From: an uncultured delta proteobacterium
GTDB taxonomy: Bacteria > Desulfobacterota > Desulfobacteria > Desulfobacterales > SG8-13
Assembly (NCBI GenBank): GCA_963787235.1
Contig: CAWBCG010000009.1
Coordinates: forward strand, 8,426-72,425
Reading direction: 5' to 3'
DNA: 64,000 nucleotides
Shown here: positions 1 through 9,911 of the stretch, piece after piece
How the letters are laid out: each line of letters starts with the position of its first letter
Position numbering within the stretch: the stretch's first letter is position 1
Translations under genes and position numbers: made by a program
Notes under the pieces: model-generated
Database searches by the model: none
The model's input: only the letters and a program-made list of their open reading frames with translations
Told to the model about the DNA's origin: nothing

Positions 1-1554
1 ATTTACTGGTCCGATGTCTACCGGTTTCAATCGACCCACGAGCTCGGCATCACCGGGTCCTGCCCGATTCTTGACCAGGAAGGGACCCTTCAAGCGGTTG
101 TCGGTGTCGACATTACCCTGGAGAGCCTGGCCGAATTCGTCGCTTCCCAGAGGCTCGCGAAGAACGGGAAAATATTTATCATAAACGATACCGGCGAGGT
201 CATCACTGTCGGAAGCCGGCCGTACGATGATGCCTCCGGTGTGAGCGGCGGCCGACTGCCGCGACTGAATGATCTCGGGATTCCGTGGTTTGAGGATGCC
301 TATCGAATCCACATGGCCTCCGGTGCTGAAATTCTGTCCTCCACCACCGGCGGCCGCACCTATCTGGGATTCTTCTTTCGATTTCCCGCTGCCTTTGACA
401 AAAAATGGAAAATTGCGGCGGTCATTCCAGAAGCGGAAGTCGTCGGACCGACACGCAAAATTATTTATAAGGCCTTGTTGATCACCGTGCTGATCACGGT
501 GATTTGTCTGCTTCTGGTCTATGCGGCTTCCGGCTGGATCACCCGACCGGTAAAAAGACTGGCGCTGCAGGCCGGAAAGATCAAAGATTTTAAACTCGAA
601 GAGGTCACGGGGGTACAATCGATTTTCACGGAGATCCGGTCTCTGAATGACGCCTTTATCGCCATGAAGAGCGGGCTGGCCTCGTTCGGACGCTATGTTC
701 CGGCCGAGCTTGTCCGGCAGCTCATCGCCACCGGCCGCGAAGCCAGGCTCGGCGGCGAAAGGACCCGATTGGCCATTTTGTTCACGGATATTGTCGGATT
801 TACGGCCCTTTCTGAAACCATTACGGCCGAAGAACTGATGTTGCAGCTCTCGACCTATCTGGATCGCCTGACGCGGGTTATCGAAAAGGAGCAGGGCACG
901 GTCGACAAGTACATCGGCGACGCCATCATGGCCTTCTGGGGAGCGCCGCGTGAAGTGGAAAACCCGGCCTTGTTTGCCTGTCGCGCGGCTTTGAGCTGCA
1001 GCAAAGCGGTGGCCGATTTGAACCGCCAATGGCGTGCCGAAGAAAAGCCGGCCATGCCGACTTGTTTCGGCATTCATTTTGGAGAGACGATTGTCGGAAA
1101 CGTCGGCTCAAATCAGCGCATGAACTACAGCATCTTTGGCGACAACGTGAACCTGGCCTCCCGGTTGGAGGGCATTAACCGGATTTACGGCACCAATATC
1201 ATCGTCAGCCAGAGCGTTTACGAGGCGGTTGACAAGCAGATGATATGCCGGCCGCTGGACATCGTCGCGGTCAAAGGTAAAAAGAAGAGCATCGCCATCC
1301 ATGAACTACTGGCCGCTAAAGACGATGATGGGGCAGAGGTGCTGGCGTCTTTTTGCGCCCGTTTTGCGGAAGGAATCGACGAATATCGGGGCCACAACTG
1401 GGAGCGGGCGTTAGCTGTCTTCGAGCAGCTGCAAGAAGAGAGCCCGAGCGATCATCCCGTAAAGCTATACATCAAACGCTGCCGGAACATCATCGACGGC
1501 TCGGTGACCGTGCCACCGGACTGGGACGGCTCCGTAATTATGAACGAGAAGTAA
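1..1554 (+). CDS. Membrane sensor class III adenylate/guanylate cyclase (Cache-like extracytoplasmic domain, TM, HAMP-like linker, cyclase domain); 5' end lies outside the window
   Basis: Frame 1 is open from base 1 and runs into tracked ORF 241..1554. TM segment ALLITVLITVICLLLVYAA. Cyclase motifs LAILFTDIVGFT, KYIGDAIMAFWGAP, FGDNVNLASRLE. Confidence 0.85.
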   Translation: MYWSDVYRFQSTHELGITGSCPILDQEGTLQAVVGVDITLESLAEFVASQRLAKNGKIFIINDTGEVITVGSRPYDDASGVSGGRLPRLNDLGIPWFEDAYRIHMASGAEILSSTTGGRTYLGFFFRFPAAFDKKWKIAAVIPEAEVVGPTRKIIYKALLITVLITVICLLLVYAASGWITRPVKRLALQAGKIKDFKLEEVTGVQSIFTEIRSLNDAFIAMKSGLASFGRYVPAELVRQLIATGREARLGGERTRLAILFTDIVGFTALSETITAEELMLQLSTYLDRLTRVIEKEQGTVDKYIGDAIMAFWGAPREVENPALFACRAALSCSKAVADLNRQWRAEEKPAMPTCFGIHFGETIVGNVGSNQRMNYSIFGDNVNLASRLEGINRIYGTNIIVSQSVYEAVDKQMICRPLDIVAVKGKKKSIAIHELLAAKDDDGAEVLASFCARFAEGIDEYRGHNWERALAVFEQLQEESPSDHPVKLYIKRCRNIIDGSVTVPPDWDGSVIMNEK

Positions 1555-1666
1555 AAAGGGGTCATTTACTAATAAATTCGTTACATTGAAACTGTGACGG
1601 GCGAAATCTAAGGATTAGGGACGGAAATAAGCTATTATCCCGATCGACAGGTCAAGGAACATAGAC

Positions 1667-2050
1667 GTGGTTAAAATCCTCATCATCGGTTCCGGTGGTT
1701 TTCTGGGAGCCATCATGCGTTATTATGTGAGCGGGTATGTTCAAAACATTTCGATCAGTTACAGCTTTCCGGTGGGAACACTGACGGTGAATCTCATCGG
1801 GTGCTTCATTATCGGGGTGATCTCGAAGCTGGCTGAAGATCTCGGCCTATTTTCCATCGAAACCCGTTTGTTTCTGACAATTGGCTTTTTAGGGGCATTC
1901 ACTACCTATTCGACCTTTGGATACGAAACCCTGAATTTGTTGAGGAACAATGAGTGGCTTTATGCATTTATTAATGTCGGGCTGCACATGTTTCTGGGCA
2001 TCGGGGCTGTATGGGCCGGTAGAAGCATCGTGCTATTGGTGTGGAGATAA
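1667..2050 (+). CDS. crcB: Fluoride ion channel CrcB/FluC
   Basis: 127 aa, four hydrophobic helices. Family-typical GGFLGAIMRY, GTLTVNLIGCFIIG and LGAFTTYSTF motifs. Confidence 0.9.
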   Translation: MVKILIIGSGGFLGAIMRYYVSGYVQNISISYSFPVGTLTVNLIGCFIIGVISKLAEDLGLFSIETRLFLTIGFLGAFTTYSTFGYETLNLLRNNEWLYAFINVGLHMFLGIGAVWAGRSIVLLVWR

Positions 2051-2052
2051 TT

Positions 2053-2529
2053 ATGGAACTCGACACGGATGGATGTCTTTTGCGGATTCTGATCGGCGAA
2101 AGCGACAAGCACAAGGGTAAACCGTTATACGAGTGGCTTGTACTCCGCGCTCGTGAAATTGGACTGGCCGGTGCCACCGTAATCCGGGGTGTTATGGGCT
2201 TTGGGGCCAACAGCCGCATTCATACGGCAAAAATTCTGAGACTTTCAGCTGACCTCCCAGTTGTTATTGAAATTGTCGATACTCGGGAAAAAATCGAACG
2301 CTATCTGGAAGCCGTCGAAGGGAATATCAAAGGAGGTCTGGCAACCATAGAAAACGCCGATGTCCGCTTTTACCGCAGCGATAAAAAAAAGGTCGTAGCG
2401 GTCATCGATTATGCGACTTGCTCCTGTTTATTTAACAGGATAACAGCTCAACAGGCGCTCGCGGACGATTTCGAAGATGTCGCCGAACCGCAAAACACCG
2501 GTGACCGCATCACCTTTTTTGACGATTAG
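2053..2529 (+). CDS. DUF190 (PII-like, UPF0166) protein, the usual crcB partner
   Basis: LRILIGESDKHKGKPLYEWLV...ATVIRGVMGFG matches my recollection of DUF190. The ATG at 2053 follows the crcB stop; GTG 2041 is an alternative start. The C-terminal ~33 codons overlap the convergent CBS gene. Confidence 0.7.
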   Translation: MELDTDGCLLRILIGESDKHKGKPLYEWLVLRAREIGLAGATVIRGVMGFGANSRIHTAKILRLSADLPVVIEIVDTREKIERYLEAVEGNIKGGLATIENADVRFYRSDKKKVVAVIDYATCSCLFNRITAQQALADDFEDVAEPQNTGDRITFFDD

Positions 2530-2976
2530 GGGTTGATGAACGCCCATGACGTAATAGTTCAGCGCTTTTTCCAGGTTGTCGTCTTCCTTTATATATTCTG
2601 ATTTTTCGGGAACATGCATAGCCTCGGCAACCGTAACCCTGCTGCCGCGTTGGCAAATGTTTTCAGCCGGTTCCATCCACAGCTTGAATTCCTTTACTGC
2701 CTCCTCTACAAATCCAGCTGTCAATGTGTGACCTTTTTGCTCTCGACGAACTTTCCGGTAGTTGGTTTCCAACGATCGAAAGATATCGATTATCGTGACT
2801 TTGCCGACAAAACGGCCTTCTTCGTCCACGACAATGGCGTCTCGATGGGCGTGTCCCCCATCGGTTTGTCGTTTTTTTTCTAACGCTTGCAGCACATCGG
2901 TTAAATTGTGTTGTTTTTTGACGGTGACATAGTCTGAAATCGGGATCATGACCTTTTTTACAAGAATGTCTTTCAC
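2428..2976 (-). CDS. CBS-domain pair protein
   Basis: 182 aa. Two CBS-like repeats (VMIPISDYVTV...IVVDEEGRFVGKVTIIDI and AEAMHVPE...LIVKKGDAVTGVLRFGDI). Confidence 0.75.
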   Translation of the reverse strand: MKDILVKKVMIPISDYVTVKKQHNLTDVLQALEKKRQTDGGHAHRDAIVVDEEGRFVGKVTIIDIFRSLETNYRKVRREQKGHTLTAGFVEEAVKEFKLWMEPAENICQRGSRVTVAEAMHVPEKSEYIKEDDNLEKALNYYVMGVHQPLIVKKGDAVTGVLRFGDIFEIVRERLLSCYPVK

Positions 2977-3165
2977 TTTTCACCTCAACAGTCGTATGAT
3001 AATCAAACCTTGATGATTGATGGTATCTGGCGTTACAAATTCCCAGATTAACCATTACCCGACCACCCAGTTCTGGAAAATTATTAAAGCCCTCAATGAA
3101 ACCGTGGATGGGCACTGATTAAAGCATTCAATTATATAAAAAAATCAAGTTTTGACCCATCTTGG

Positions 3166-3645
3166 TTATTTTCCGACGGCGGTTTTCATGCTGTCAAAAT
3201 GCCGCGTGGCCGACTCGAATATAACGAACTGGATGAGCTGCTCGGTGGTTGCCTCGCCCCCGAAGGCGGGCATACTGCCTTTACGGTCGAGCTCATCGTC
3301 GGTCAATCCGGCGACAAATGCGACCATCTCGACGCTGTTTTTTCGCAGCGCTTCTATGGCCTCGGCCTTGGTGCAATCCGCATGTTCCCGGGCCTGCTTA
3401 TCGGACATGGCATTGATTTGATCCATGGTCAGAGGCGGCAGATCTTCGCCCCGGACGATCATCCCGGCCATATCGAATATAGCGAAGTGACCGGCACCCA
3501 GATGGTAAGCGGTGGCTCCCACCGGCCATTCCTCCGATTTGCAGACCTTGCGCCAGTCATCATCGGATAAATTTTCCACAAATGCCATCACGTTATCGCT
3601 GAAACTTTTGATTCGCGCGGAGATTTCTTTGGCTCGCTGGCTCAT
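3166..3645 (-). CDS. DinB-like / four-helix-bundle metal-dependent protein (tentative)
   Basis: 159 aa with a WPVGATAYHLGAGH motif and helical composition. Assignment is from general resemblance only. Confidence 0.45.
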   Translation of the reverse strand: MSQRAKEISARIKSFSDNVMAFVENLSDDDWRKVCKSEEWPVGATAYHLGAGHFAIFDMAGMIVRGEDLPPLTMDQINAMSDKQAREHADCTKAEAIEALRKNSVEMVAFVAGLTDDELDRKGSMPAFGGEATTEQLIQFVIFESATRHFDSMKTAVGK

Positions 3646-3663
3646 GTTTTCCTCCTTTTAGAT

Positions 3664-4380
3664 TCAAATTCCTAAAAATGCCTTCCGGAAGCGGTCGCTT
3701 TCCAGAAGCTCCTTTCCGTTGCCCTCTTCGACGATCCGGCCGGTTTGCATCACATAGCCGCGATCGGCCAGATCGAGCGCTTCTCGGACGTTCTGCTCCA
3801 CGAGCAGGATGCTGATACCTTCCTGTTTGAGCTGCCGCACGGTGTCGAGTACCTCGTCCACCAATATCGGTGCGAGTCCCAAAGAGGGCTCGTCCAGCAT
3901 GAGCACTTTCGGGCCGGACATGAGCCCCCGGCCGATGGCCACCATTTGCTGTTCGCCGCCGGAAAGGGTCGACACGGCCTGGTCACGGCGCTCGCGCAGG
4001 CGCGGGAAGAGGTGGTAGACAAAATCGAGGTTTTTCTCTATCTGCGGCTTGTCCTTGAGAACGAAGGCGCCGAGACGAATGTTTTCCGCAACGGAAAGCG
4101 GCTTGAAGAGCATTTTTTCCTCCGGCACGTAGACAATACCGATCCGGACGATCTCCTCGGTGCGCAACCGCTGAATCTCGCGCCCCTTAAAGCAGATGCG
4201 GCCTTCAAAGGCTTTTTGGGTTCCCATGACCGCCCGCAGCAGCGTCGATTTCCCGGCTCCGTTGGCACCCACCACGCAGACGGTTTCACCTGCATCGAGT
4301 CGGATCGAGATTCCATGCAGGACCGGCAGCCCGGAGTAGCGCACGCGGATGTTCTCGACTGTGAGTATCGGCTGCGCCAT
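3664..4380 (-). CDS. livF: Branched-chain amino acid ABC transporter ATP-binding protein LivF
   Basis: Walker A GANGAGKST, signature LSGGEQQM, Walker B LMLDEPSLGLAP. Last gene of the liv operon. Confidence 0.9.
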   Translation of the reverse strand: MAQPILTVENIRVRYSGLPVLHGISIRLDAGETVCVVGANGAGKSTLLRAVMGTQKAFEGRICFKGREIQRLRTEEIVRIGIVYVPEEKMLFKPLSVAENIRLGAFVLKDKPQIEKNLDFVYHLFPRLRERRDQAVSTLSGGEQQMVAIGRGLMSGPKVLMLDEPSLGLAPILVDEVLDTVRQLKQEGISILLVEQNVREALDLADRGYVMQTGRIVEEGNGKELLESDRFRKAFLGI

Positions 4381-4383
4381 CGG

Positions 4384-5130
4384 TCAGGTTACCTCGCCGG
4401 AGTGTTCGGTCACGAAACGCTCTCCCAGATAGGCTTTAATGACCTTCGGGTCATTGGCGATCTGTCGGGGGAGACCGTCTGCGATTTTACGCCCGTAGTC
4501 GAGCACGATCACGCGGTCGCTGATGTTCATTACCAGCTCCATTACGTGTTCGATCAGCATGACCGTAATCCCCATGTCACGGTGAACGGATCTGATAATC
4601 TCCAAGATTTCTTCGATTTCACCGGGATTCAAGCCGGCAGCTACCTCATCGAGCAACAGCATTTTAGGGGACGTGCCCAGAGCGGTTGCCATTGTCACGC
4701 GTTTCTGGGCAGCAACCGGCAGTTCACTCACCATGGCGCCGGCCAATTCTTGCAGGTTGAGTTTCTCCAGAATGTCTTCCGCCCGCCGTCTGGCTTGCGC
4801 TCGCTTGTGGGTGTGCATGAAAGCGCCCACCATCACGTTTTCAAAGACGCACAGATCGCCGGATGCCGCATACACCTGAAAGGTGCGGGCCAGGCCGTGC
4901 CGCGCGACCTCATAGGCCGGTAGCCGGGTGATATCCTCACCGTCGAAAATGATATGCCCGGCGGTCACCGGATGCAGCCCGGCGATGCAGTTGAAAAGAG
5001 TGGTCTTGCCGGCGCCGTTCGGGCCGATGACTCCCAGCAGTTCATCTTTATCAAGCGCGAAAGATATTGCGTCGTTGGCGCGCAGCCCGCCGAAATCCTT
5101 TGTCAAATTGCGGACGTCCAGCAGCGGCAT
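4384..5130 (-). CDS. livG: Branched-chain amino acid ABC transporter ATP-binding protein LivG
   Basis: Tracked ORF 4384..5820 trimmed to MPLLDVRNLTKDFGG (ATG 5130). GPNGAGKTT, LLLDEVAAGLNP. The start shares one nucleotide with the livM stop (TGATG). Confidence 0.9.
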   Translation of the reverse strand: MPLLDVRNLTKDFGGLRANDAISFALDKDELLGVIGPNGAGKTTLFNCIAGLHPVTAGHIIFDGEDITRLPAYEVARHGLARTFQVYAASGDLCVFENVMVGAFMHTHKRAQARRRAEDILEKLNLQELAGAMVSELPVAAQKRVTMATALGTSPKMLLLDEVAAGLNPGEIEEILEIIRSVHRDMGITVMLIEHVMELVMNISDRVIVLDYGRKIADGLPRQIANDPKVIKAYLGERFVTEHSGEVT

Positions 5131-6137
5131 CAGCGCGACCTCCGGCGGCGGATTTTCTCGACGAGTCCCCATATGCCGCGGGGCTCGGCGGCGGAGATGA
5201 CCATGATGATGGCGGCGTAAATGATCAGGTCGATACCGACCAGGCCCGCCGAGGCTCCCAGCCATTCCTTGAGGTAGCTCTTGAGGGGGATCAGGACGCC
5301 GGCACCGATGATCGGACCCCACAAAGACCCGGCTCCGCCCAGCATGGCCATCAGGGCAATCAGGATCGAAAGGTTCAGGCTCATGGTGTCTTCGGGTTCG
5401 ATGTTTTTGATGTAACAGGCGTGAAAAGAGCCGACCACGCTGACGAACGCGGTGGCGATGGCATAGGTCTTGATCTTCGCCCAGTGGACATTGATGCCGA
5501 GCGACTGGGCCACGTTCTCGTTGTCCTTGATCGCCCGCAGCTGGAAGCCCAGGCGCGACTTGCGGAACCAGTTCATGTAGAGGATGCCGAGCAGGAAGAA
5601 GACGAAGATGACGTAGTAGTAGTACACATCTTCCCGGAAGATCAGCCGTAAAAAGTCCGGTGGCGCATATTTGATGGGGGATATCTCCAGGCCGCGCGCG
5701 GCACCGACAAAACCCCACACTTCGAAGAGGTCCTTGAGCACCAGGGAGGTGGCGATCGTTGCGATGGCGAAGTAATGGCCTTTCAGGCGGAAGAGGGGAT
5801 AGCCGATGATAAACGACCAACTGACCGAGAAGAGGACGCCGATCGGCATCGAGAACCAGAAAGGGATGTCCCAGCGGATGAGCATGACCGCAGTGGTGTA
5901 AGCTCCGATGCCGACGTACTGGGCCTTGCCAAGGTCCACCTGTCCGCCGTATCCGCCGATGGTGTTCCAGCCCATGCCGTAAAGCGAGAAAATGAAAAAC
6001 TGGATCATGGTCGCCATTGCAAAGGCCGAGTGCGGAAATAGGGGAAAAACCAGGAAAGCGGCACCGACCAAAATGGCGATGATCAGGTCCGAGCGCGGAA
6101 AATCGGAAAAGTCAAACGCGTTCTTCAGTGCTTCCAT
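5130..6137 (-). CDS. livM: Branched-chain amino acid ABC transporter permease LivM
   Basis: Polytopic membrane protein. Start trimmed to MEALKNAF (ATG 6137), overlapping the livH 3' end by 13 nt. Confidence 0.85.
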   Translation of the reverse strand: MEALKNAFDFSDFPRSDLIIAILVGAAFLVFPLFPHSAFAMATMIQFFIFSLYGMGWNTIGGYGGQVDLGKAQYVGIGAYTTAVMLIRWDIPFWFSMPIGVLFSVSWSFIIGYPLFRLKGHYFAIATIATSLVLKDLFEVWGFVGAARGLEISPIKYAPPDFLRLIFREDVYYYYVIFVFFLLGILYMNWFRKSRLGFQLRAIKDNENVAQSLGINVHWAKIKTYAIATAFVSVVGSFHACYIKNIEPEDTMSLNLSILIALMAMLGGAGSLWGPIIGAGVLIPLKSYLKEWLGASAGLVGIDLIIYAAIIMVISAAEPRGIWGLVEKIRRRRSR

Positions 6138-7039
6138 CCGAACAACCCCCGCGGCCGAACGACCATGATCACGAAATAGGCCACATAAACCCACATGTAC
6201 TTGAACGACGTCATGGGGATATCGGACATCCAGTCGAACTCAAAGGTGTAGGTCATGAAATCCCAGAATCCTGGGAGTTCGGTGATAAGGCCGACGATGA
6301 TGCCGGCAAAAAATGCGCCCGGCACACTGCCGAATCCGCCCAGGGCGACGATGGCGAAGGCGAGCATGGTAAACAAAAGGCCGATGTACGGGTTTACGGA
6401 CCAGAAGTTGACGATCAGCGCGCCGGCGACGGTGACCGATGCCCCGCCGATTCCCCAGGCCAGGGCGTTCATACGCTCCGTGGGAATGCCCATGTAGCGC
6501 GCCCCCTGCGGGTTGAGCGCAGTGGCGGTCAGGGCCTTACCGGTCCGGGTGCGGTTCATTAGTAGCCAAACGGCAGCGAAGGCCACCAAAGACAGACCGG
6601 CGGTAGCCAGTTTGGTGGCCGGGATGATGATGCCCAGACCGATATCGAAACTCTTGCCGACCAGGAGGCCCTGATGCACGGCGCGGTCATTGGGGCCGAA
6701 AATGAGCAGGGCCAGATTGCGCAGAAATAGCATCAACCCGAAGGTCCCCAGGAGCTGGGCGATCATCGGTCCGCGCAAAAGAAATTTGATGAACCCGAGG
6801 TAGCAGATGATACCGAGCAGAAAACCGACGGCAGCGGCCACAGGAAGGGTGAACAGCGGATCGATGCCGACGGCCTGGGCCGTCAGGAGCCCGGTGTACA
6901 TGCCGATCATGAGGAATTCGCCGTGGGCGAAGTTGATGATGTCCATGACCCCGAAGATGATGGTCAAGCCGAGTGCCACCAGACTCAAGGCCATGCCGAA
7001 AAGAATCCCGGCTGCCAGGGAGCTGAAAAGAATATCCAT
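6125..7039 (-). CDS. livH: Branched-chain amino acid ABC transporter permease LivH
   Basis: 304 aa. GVMDIINFAHGEFLMIG motif typical of LivH permeases. Confidence 0.9.
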   Translation of the reverse strand: MDILFSSLAAGILFGMALSLVALGLTIIFGVMDIINFAHGEFLMIGMYTGLLTAQAVGIDPLFTLPVAAAVGFLLGIICYLGFIKFLLRGPMIAQLLGTFGLMLFLRNLALLIFGPNDRAVHQGLLVGKSFDIGLGIIIPATKLATAGLSLVAFAAVWLLMNRTRTGKALTATALNPQGARYMGIPTERMNALAWGIGGASVTVAGALIVNFWSVNPYIGLLFTMLAFAIVALGGFGSVPGAFFAGIIVGLITELPGFWDFMTYTFEFDWMSDIPMTSFKYMWVYVAYFVIMVVRPRGLFGWKH

Positions 7040-7140
7040 AGTCAGGGTGCTGCCTCAGAAAATAATGAACCCCGTCTCTTGCCGGCGGCGAAGCGACCGG
7101 AAAGAGACGGGAACACAAAGGTGAACCGACGGCTGCTTTT

Positions 7141-8454
7141 TTACCACTTGGGGAACGGGTAAATCATGTCGGTCGTGGCGACATCGAAGGGATAGACGAT
7201 TTCCAATCCGACCGTTCCGTCCGATCCCTTTTGGTACTGTCCGATCAGACCGGAACCGAGCACGTTTTGCCCGATCTCCTTGCCGGAGGTGCTGAACTTG
7301 ATGCCGGCCCACGGCACCACCAGCTGATCGCCGGGGATTTCGATGGTATTGGCGGCGGCCTGAATGTCAGCCGGTTTGGTGGATCCGGCTTTTTCGAGGA
7401 TGTAGACCCACGTCTGCAGCCCGGTGAAGGAGCGCGCCGAGGCGCCGCTCAGATCATTGCCGGTCTTGGCCTTGTAGAGTTTGTTGACCTGGCCGGCCAG
7501 TGGTTTGACCTTGACAACCAGCGGCAGGAAGACGGTGCGGGTCAGGATGCCGACGATATCCTCGCCCAGGGTCTGTTGGAACTCGGGCGTCTCGAAACCG
7601 GCATCCTGGCCCCATATGATTTTGGGTTGGATTTTCTGGGCTTTGAGGGTCTTGATCATCAGGATGGCGTCCGACGTGTAGGAGGCAAACAGCAACGTAT
7701 CTGCCCGGGAGGCCTTCAGCGAGCGGACCTCGCTGGATAGATCCGGGGCTTCCTTGGCGTAGAGCAGCGATTTTTTGAGATCGAACCCGTATTCTTTGGA
7801 AAACTGCTCGATCAGGGCCGAGACGAAAGAGCCCCACTCGGTTTTTTCGCAGGCCGAGGCAAGGTTGACGATATCTTTCTTGGGAACGGCCTTGACGCCC
7901 TTGGCCTGACCCTCGGTGAGGCCCTTCAATAACTCGAAGAGGTCTTTGGTAAACCAGGTGTCGTGGGGGGTGGTGCGCCAGAACCACTTGAAGCCGCGTT
8001 CGGTCAGTGACGGCGAGGTGGAGGAGCCGTTGATCATGGGCACGCCGTACTGTTCGGCCACGGCGCTGACGGTCTTGGTGACCGAACTGTGGTAACAGCC
8101 GAGCAGGCCGTCGACCTTGTCATCCAGAATCAGTTTTTTGGCCAGGTCGGCTCCCAAGGTCGGGTTGCCTTCGTGGTCTTTAACGATCAGCGTGATCTTG
8201 GCGCCGCCCAAACTCTGGATGCCGGCTTTTTGGGCCATGGTCATGTTGATGTCGGCCATGGCGGTGTTGGCGATTTCGGCCGCCAGCTCGGCCCCGGCCC
8301 GCAATTCACGGCCGGCTGCGGCCGCTCCGCCGGTCAACGGATAGAGAACGCCGATTTTGATTTCTTTCTCGGCCCGGGCGCCGCTGGGCAGCAGAAGCGC
8401 CGCGACGACGACCAGCACGACGGACAATGACGTAAATCTGGCGATACTTTTCAT
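7141..8454 (-). CDS. Periplasmic branched-chain amino acid (Leu/Ile/Val-type) binding protein
   Basis: Tracked ORF 7141..8691 trimmed to MKSIARFTSLSVVLVVVAALLLPSGARA (signal peptide). AAAAGGAGG lies just upstream of ATG 8454. IKIGVLYPLTGGAAAAG is typical of this binding-protein family. Confidence 0.85.
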   Translation of the reverse strand: MKSIARFTSLSVVLVVVAALLLPSGARAEKEIKIGVLYPLTGGAAAAGRELRAGAELAAEIANTAMADINMTMAQKAGIQSLGGAKITLIVKDHEGNPTLGADLAKKLILDDKVDGLLGCYHSSVTKTVSAVAEQYGVPMINGSSTSPSLTERGFKWFWRTTPHDTWFTKDLFELLKGLTEGQAKGVKAVPKKDIVNLASACEKTEWGSFVSALIEQFSKEYGFDLKKSLLYAKEAPDLSSEVRSLKASRADTLLFASYTSDAILMIKTLKAQKIQPKIIWGQDAGFETPEFQQTLGEDIVGILTRTVFLPLVVKVKPLAGQVNKLYKAKTGNDLSGASARSFTGLQTWVYILEKAGSTKPADIQAAANTIEIPGDQLVVPWAGIKFSTSGKEIGQNVLGSGLIGQYQKGSDGTVGLEIVYPFDVATTDMIYPFPKW

Positions 8455-9104
8455 ATGATGTCCTCCTTTTATCGTGATACGGTTAAAGGAAACGTCCGCG
8501 TATTCGGGGCCCCTGCGACGGCTGCAGGGCAGATCAGTCTTGCCGGCCGGAAACAAAAGACCGGGTCGATATGCATTACTTTGATTCAAAAACTGACTGA
8601 AAAAAGAGGTGAGGCATCCTCCGGGCTGCGTGCGTGGGTCGATACAGCCGACGGTGGCAACAGCAACACACCAAGTGTCTGCGTATTTCATTGTCTTTAT
8701 AAGACGCCTTCGGGACTGTCAAGCGGCATATTCACAGAGGGGGGCAAGACGACTAAATGCCCGATATTGCTAAAACTCGCCGGCGGATGGTTTGAATTTG
8801 GTTTGAGAAGGGGAAAAAGAGACCAACATCAAAATATCGACATCCCCAGTTGTTCTTGGATGTCCGTATATATTATTTTCGCCACGTTTCTGTTCGTATT
8901 CATTTGAAAGTCGTCTCCAATATATTTTAGAATTCATAACGTAGCTATAACAACTTTATATTATTTATAATGTCAACACAAAAAGAGGGAAAGCGGCGGT
9001 GAGGTTTGGGATTTCATAGGACTTCATTATATATGCGGCGCGAATAGGCCCCCATTAAGTCGCCTAACGGTTTTTTCGGTTACGGTTCATCCGATGTTTG
9101 GTTT

Positions 9105-9890
9105 TTAGAAAAGCGTCATGTCTTCGTCTTTCAGATCGGAAACGAACATATGGCCCGGGGCGTGGGTGATCACCAGCGGCAGGGGTGTGGAGGTGGCCGC
9201 CAAGGCCGAGGTAACCCCGCAGGCCCAGAATACCGGAACTTCTCCCGGTTCGATGGTGACCGGGTCGCCGAAATCCGGGCGATCGATGTCCTCGATGCCG
9301 ATTTGGTCCGGATCGCCGATATGGACCGGTGCGCCGTGGGTCAGGTGGAAACGGGTGGTGATCTGGACCGCGCGGACGGCCTGTTCGGGAGTCATCGGCC
9401 GCATGCTGACAACCAGGGGTGCTGAAAACTGGCCGGCCGGGAAGCAGGCGCGCTTGGTGATGTACATGGAAACGTTTTTACCTTCCGTGATGTTTCGGAT
9501 CGGAAGACCGGCGGACTGCAGGGCGTTCTCAAAGGAGAAACTGCAGCCCAGAAGGAAGCTGACCATGTCTTTTCCGAATGTGTCAGTGACGGCTTCGACT
9601 TCTTCCGTCAACTCTCCCTTGCGGTAGATCCGGTAGCGGGGCAGATCCTGACGCAGATCGGCCCCGGGGGCAATTTTAGGCTCGTAGACCCCGGCCTCGA
9701 GAACATCGAGTATCGGACAGGGTTTGGGGTTGCGGACACAGAAGAGAAGAAAGTCAAAGGCTTCCTGCTGCGGCAGCATGACCAGGTTGGCCTGAACAAA
9801 GCCGCGGGCCGCGCCCGAGGTCGGTTTTCGCCACTCTGCGGTGCGAATCCGGTCCCGCAGCTGGGCCGCGGTGAGGTTTTCTGGGGTCAT
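9105..9890 (-). CDS. DUF1445 family putative hydro-lyase (D-glutamate cyclase-like)
   Basis: 261 aa. GFVQANLVMLP, NPKPCPILDV and THAPGHMFV motifs as I recall them for this family. Confidence 0.7.
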   Translation of the reverse strand: MTPENLTAAQLRDRIRTAEWRKPTSGAARGFVQANLVMLPQQEAFDFLLFCVRNPKPCPILDVLEAGVYEPKIAPGADLRQDLPRYRIYRKGELTEEVEAVTDTFGKDMVSFLLGCSFSFENALQSAGLPIRNITEGKNVSMYITKRACFPAGQFSAPLVVSMRPMTPEQAVRAVQITTRFHLTHGAPVHIGDPDQIGIEDIDRPDFGDPVTIEPGEVPVFWACGVTSALAATSTPLPLVITHAPGHMFVSDLKDEDMTLF

Positions 9891-9911
9891 GGGGTATTCC
9901 TTCGAATTAGG

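Noticed and set aside
1555-1666. Looked for a fluoride (crcB-motif) riboswitch upstream of crcB.
   Set aside because: I could not find the conserved GGCGAUG...AAACGC...CUAAUGA-type core in the 112-nt spacer on the plus strand. A covariance-model scan would be needed to be sure, so no feature is reported.
3745-4923. Long antisense ORFs opposite well-supported genes: 3745..4923, 9998..11128, 12701..13438, 18150..18923, 19836..20582, 29663..30814, 35653..36441, 37162..38319, 38635..39339, 43680..44495, 46446..47405, 55464..56402 and many shorter ones.
   Set aside because: Each lies opposite a gene with clear family motifs. Their translations are Arg/Gly/His/Pro-rich low-complexity sequence typical of shadow ORFs in GC-rich DNA, and none has a plausible RBS.
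8455-8691. N-terminal extensions of tracked ORFs: 7141..8691, 4384..5820, 5130..6194, 32178..32756, 37081..39036, 40243..41016, 40997..41755, 62914..63270.
   Set aside because: In each case an internal ATG with a Shine-Dalgarno and a family-typical N-terminus (signal peptide, Walker region or flavodoxin loop) gives a start consistent with the neighbouring gene's stop. The extensions overlap upstream genes or have non-protein-like composition.
8455-9104. The 650-bp gap upstream of the liv operon, examined for a leader peptide, T-box or riboswitch. It includes a possible 24-codon ORF, MNTNRNVAKIIYTDIQEQLGMSIF, at about 8830-8905 on the minus strand.
   Set aside because: No recognisable conserved RNA motif was seen. 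The tiny ORF is not enriched in branched-chain codons and has only a weak or distant RBS, so the evidence is insufficient.
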